Assembly: GCA_964450535.1 (NCBI GenBank)
Contig: CAYVDE010000002.1
Span: forward strand, 17,862 to 81,861
DNA: 64,000 bases
From: an uncultured Desulfobacterales bacterium
GTDB taxonomy: Bacteria; Desulfobacterota; DSM-4660; Desulfatiglandales; HGW-15
Reading direction: 5' to 3'
The position numbers and the translations under genes are program-made. The notes under the pieces are model-generated. The model was not told where the DNA came from, did not search any database, and saw only the letters and a list, made by a program, of their open reading frames with translations. Positions within the stretch are counted from its first letter, which is position 1; every line of letters starts with the position of its first letter. Shown one piece after another: positions 61,979 through 64,000 of this stretch.

Positions 61979-63070
61979 ATGATCAACTGGTTCAAAAAGA
62001 AGAAAAAGCGGACCGACGAAGAATTGACGCCACTGCCGGAAGAGCTTCTTGACGGCGAGCAGCCGGCCGAACCGGGAGCGAACGGGGAATATGGCGAAGA
62101 GATGGAACCTGGAGGGCTCCAAAAGGAAGAGGGTGTAGAAAAAGATATTGATAACAAGAGTTTTTTTCAGCGGCTCAGGGAAGGGCTTTCCAAGACGCGT
62201 TCGGGCCTGGCGGGGCGTCTGGACCGGCTGGTTTTCGGGAGGAAGGAACTGGACGACGGGCTCTTGGAGGAACTCGAGGAAATCCTTTTCACTTCCGACC
62301 TGGGCGTGGCCGCGACCCAGGATATAATCGACCGCGTTAAGGAGAAGGTGGCGCGAAAAGAGCTGAGTGACGCAGGAAAACTCAAGGACTCATTGAAGCA
62401 GGAGATGCTTTCCTTTCTCATGGTCCCGGAGCATCGCCGATCCGAGCCCGGCCCTGGCGAACCCCGGGTCATCATGGTCGTAGGCGTAAACGGAGTGGGT
62501 AAGACGACCACCATAGGTAAAGCTGCCAGGTACTTCAAGGACGAGGGCAAGACCGTCATGCTGGCAGCGGCCGACACCTTTCGGGCTGCGGCTGTGGAGC
62601 AGCTCGTGATCTGGGGCGAGCGAACGGGCTGTGAAGTAGTACGGCAGCGGGAAGGGGCCGATCCCTCGGCCGTTGCCTTTGACGCTGTCTCAGCCGCCGT
62701 CGGAAGGAACATCGATGTGGTCCTCATCGATACCGCAGGACGGCTTCATACCCGGAGCAACCTGATGGAGGAACTCCAGAAGACCCGGCGCGTGGTCGGC
62801 CGCAAGCTTCCCGGCGCGCCCCATGAAATCTGGCTGGTTCTGGACGCCACAACAGGGCAGAACGCCCTGAGCCAGGCCCGGATCTTCAACGAATCCCTGG
62901 GAATCACCGCCATTGTACTTACCAAACTGGACGGAACCGCAAAAGGCGGTGTTGTTGTGGGAATTTGCCGCGAGCTCGGTCTGCCGATTCGATACATAGG
63001 TATAGGGGAGAAGATCGACGATCTCCGCCCTTTCGACCCAAAGGCCTTTGTGGAGGCTGTTTTTGATTGA
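61979..63070 (+). CDS. ftsY: signal recognition particle receptor FtsY
   Basis: Starts MINWFKKKKK. Acidic A-domain. NG domain with GVNGVGKTTTIGK, DTAGR and TKLDG motifs. Confidence 0.9.
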   Translation: MINWFKKKKKRTDEELTPLPEELLDGEQPAEPGANGEYGEEMEPGGLQKEEGVEKDIDNKSFFQRLREGLSKTRSGLAGRLDRLVFGRKELDDGLLEELEEILFTSDLGVAATQDIIDRVKEKVARKELSDAGKLKDSLKQEMLSFLMVPEHRRSEPGPGEPRVIMVVGVNGVGKTTTIGKAARYFKDEGKTVMLAAADTFRAAAVEQLVIWGERTGCEVVRQREGADPSAVAFDAVSAAVGRNIDVVLIDTAGRLHTRSNLMEELQKTRRVVGRKLPGAPHEIWLVLDATTGQNALSQARIFNESLGITAIVLTKLDGTAKGGVVVGICRELGLPIRYIGIGEKIDDLRPFDPKAFVEAVFD

Positions 63071-63097
63071 AACAATTCTACTCGGCCCCTAAGGCGA

Positions 63098-63598
63098 ATG
63101 GGAGAAATGGTGCGTATGAAGAGACACGTTATGCGCAAGAAGATCATGTGGGGTGATCTGGATTCCCTTGGAATCGTGTTTTATCCGCGTTACTACGAGT
63201 GGGTCGACGCATGCGGCCATCTCTTCTTCGAGTCAATGGGACTTCGATTAGGAGATCTTTGGAAGGAAAGGGGGCTCCTTTTCGGCTTGGTGGAGACATC
63301 GTGCCGGTACCGGCGGCCGGGCAGGTATCACGAGGAGATCGAGATCATTACCACAATCGAAGAAGTCAGGAGCAAGACGGTGCTGCTCAAGCATCTCATC
63401 CGCCGCGCGGTGAGCAATGAAATCATGGTCGAGAGTTATGAGAAGCGGGTGTGCCTGGATTGCTCCGACTCTGAGAACCTGCGCGCCGTGCGGATCCCCG
63501 AGGACATAGCCCGCATGCTGGAAAAGGTTGCGAATGATGAGCCTGGGGAAATCAAAGCGCCCGCATCCAATCCGGGCGCAGACCCACCTCTCCCCTGA
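63098..63598 (+). CDS. acyl-CoA thioesterase (4HBT/YbgC-like hotdog fold)
   Basis: IMWGDLDSLGIVFYPRYYEWVDACGHLFFESMGL is the typical 4HBT N-terminus with a catalytic Asp. Several in-frame Met codons (63098-63146) leave the start uncertain. Confidence 0.7.
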   Translation: MGEMVRMKRHVMRKKIMWGDLDSLGIVFYPRYYEWVDACGHLFFESMGLRLGDLWKERGLLFGLVETSCRYRRPGRYHEEIEIITTIEEVRSKTVLLKHLIRRAVSNEIMVESYEKRVCLDCSDSENLRAVRIPEDIARMLEKVANDEPGEIKAPASNPGADPPLP

Positions 63599-64000
63599 GT
63601 GCCCCGTCGATGAGGTCGATCGCCTCCTGCTTGCCCCTGGGGAGCCGGGCCTTTATGGGCAGGTAGTTGGATGCGTGATTGGAAAAGAACAGACCGCGGG
63701 TCAGTTCCGTGTGGGCCAGCATCTCCCGGAGTTCGCGAAGGAGGCCCTCCGGATCCGGGAGCTGGAATTCCCCGCGCCGATATGCGTCGTACAGCGGGGT
63801 CCCGGGTATGAGCATAACGCTCAGGGCCCCTACATAGTCGGGGTCCATGGCGCTCAACAGCTTTCCGGTCGCCCGCGAGTGCTCCAGGGAACGTTCCGTC
63901 CCCGCTATTCCCAGCAGCACGGTCACCGAAAGCTTGATTCCCGCATCCTTGACTTTTCTTCCCATTGCGATCAGATTTTCCGCGCTCGAGCCCTTGCAGA
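63552..64000 (-). CDS. radical SAM family protein, C-terminal part (N-terminus beyond window end)
   Basis: The frame stays open to base 64000. ...LSVTVLLGIAGTE...FFSNHASNYLPIKARLP... resembles the C-terminal half of radical SAM TIM-barrel proteins. The cluster motif is not in the window. Confidence 0.5.
   Translation of the reverse strand, partial: CKGSSAENLIAMGRKVKDAGIKLSVTVLLGIAGTERSLEHSRATGKLLSAMDPDYVGALSVMLIPGTPLYDAYRRGEFQLPDPEGLLRELREMLAHTELTRGLFFSNHASNYLPIKARLPRGKQEAIDLIDGALRGEVGLRPDWMRAL

Overview
GC-rich bacterial chromosomal segment (about 60% GC by eye). By inference the gene content is Desulfobacterota/deltaproteobacterial in type: ptb-ptb-buk, abfD, PilZ signalling, and a cytoplasmic molybdoenzyme with a GltD-like partner. 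I support about 50 protein-coding genes and see no rRNA, tRNA or CRISPR array. Most of the window is housekeeping or core metabolism: smc, ftsY, cspA, arfB, trpA, an M16 and an M20 peptidase, a DinG-type helicase, a Nudix hydrolase, an MFS transporter and TspO. The best candidate for a new system is a five-gene cassette at about 35.0-46.7 kb that follows a roughly 450-bp very AT-rich leader. It encodes a 1375-aa secreted multi-Ig protein, a FlgD-Ig/beta-barrel outer membrane protein, a TPR lipoprotein and a Sec-signal Rhs/YD-repeat toxin. The low-GC C-terminal tip of the Rhs protein carries a secretory phospholipase A2 (CCxxHDxCY) signature, and a small low-GC multi-pass membrane protein (putative immunity) follows it. 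No T6SS, PAAR, VgrG, TpsB or TcA gene is present in the window. The cassette ends at a decayed Y1-transposase element bounded by perfect 23-bp inverted repeats. Other notable items: (1) a lexA-imuB-dnaE2 mutagenesis cassette without imuA, with a 15-bp tandem repeat upstream of lexA and eight tandem heptamers directly upstream of dnaE2; (2) a roughly 100-bp inverted-repeat element present three times at gene boundaries; (3) several gene remnants (aroA', trpD', wrbA', transposase'); (4) an orphan B12-binding radical SAM enzyme of the RiPP C-methyltransferase type; (5) a response regulator with a Cys-rich C-terminal module. All functional calls rest on motifs read by eye, and no database searches were run.
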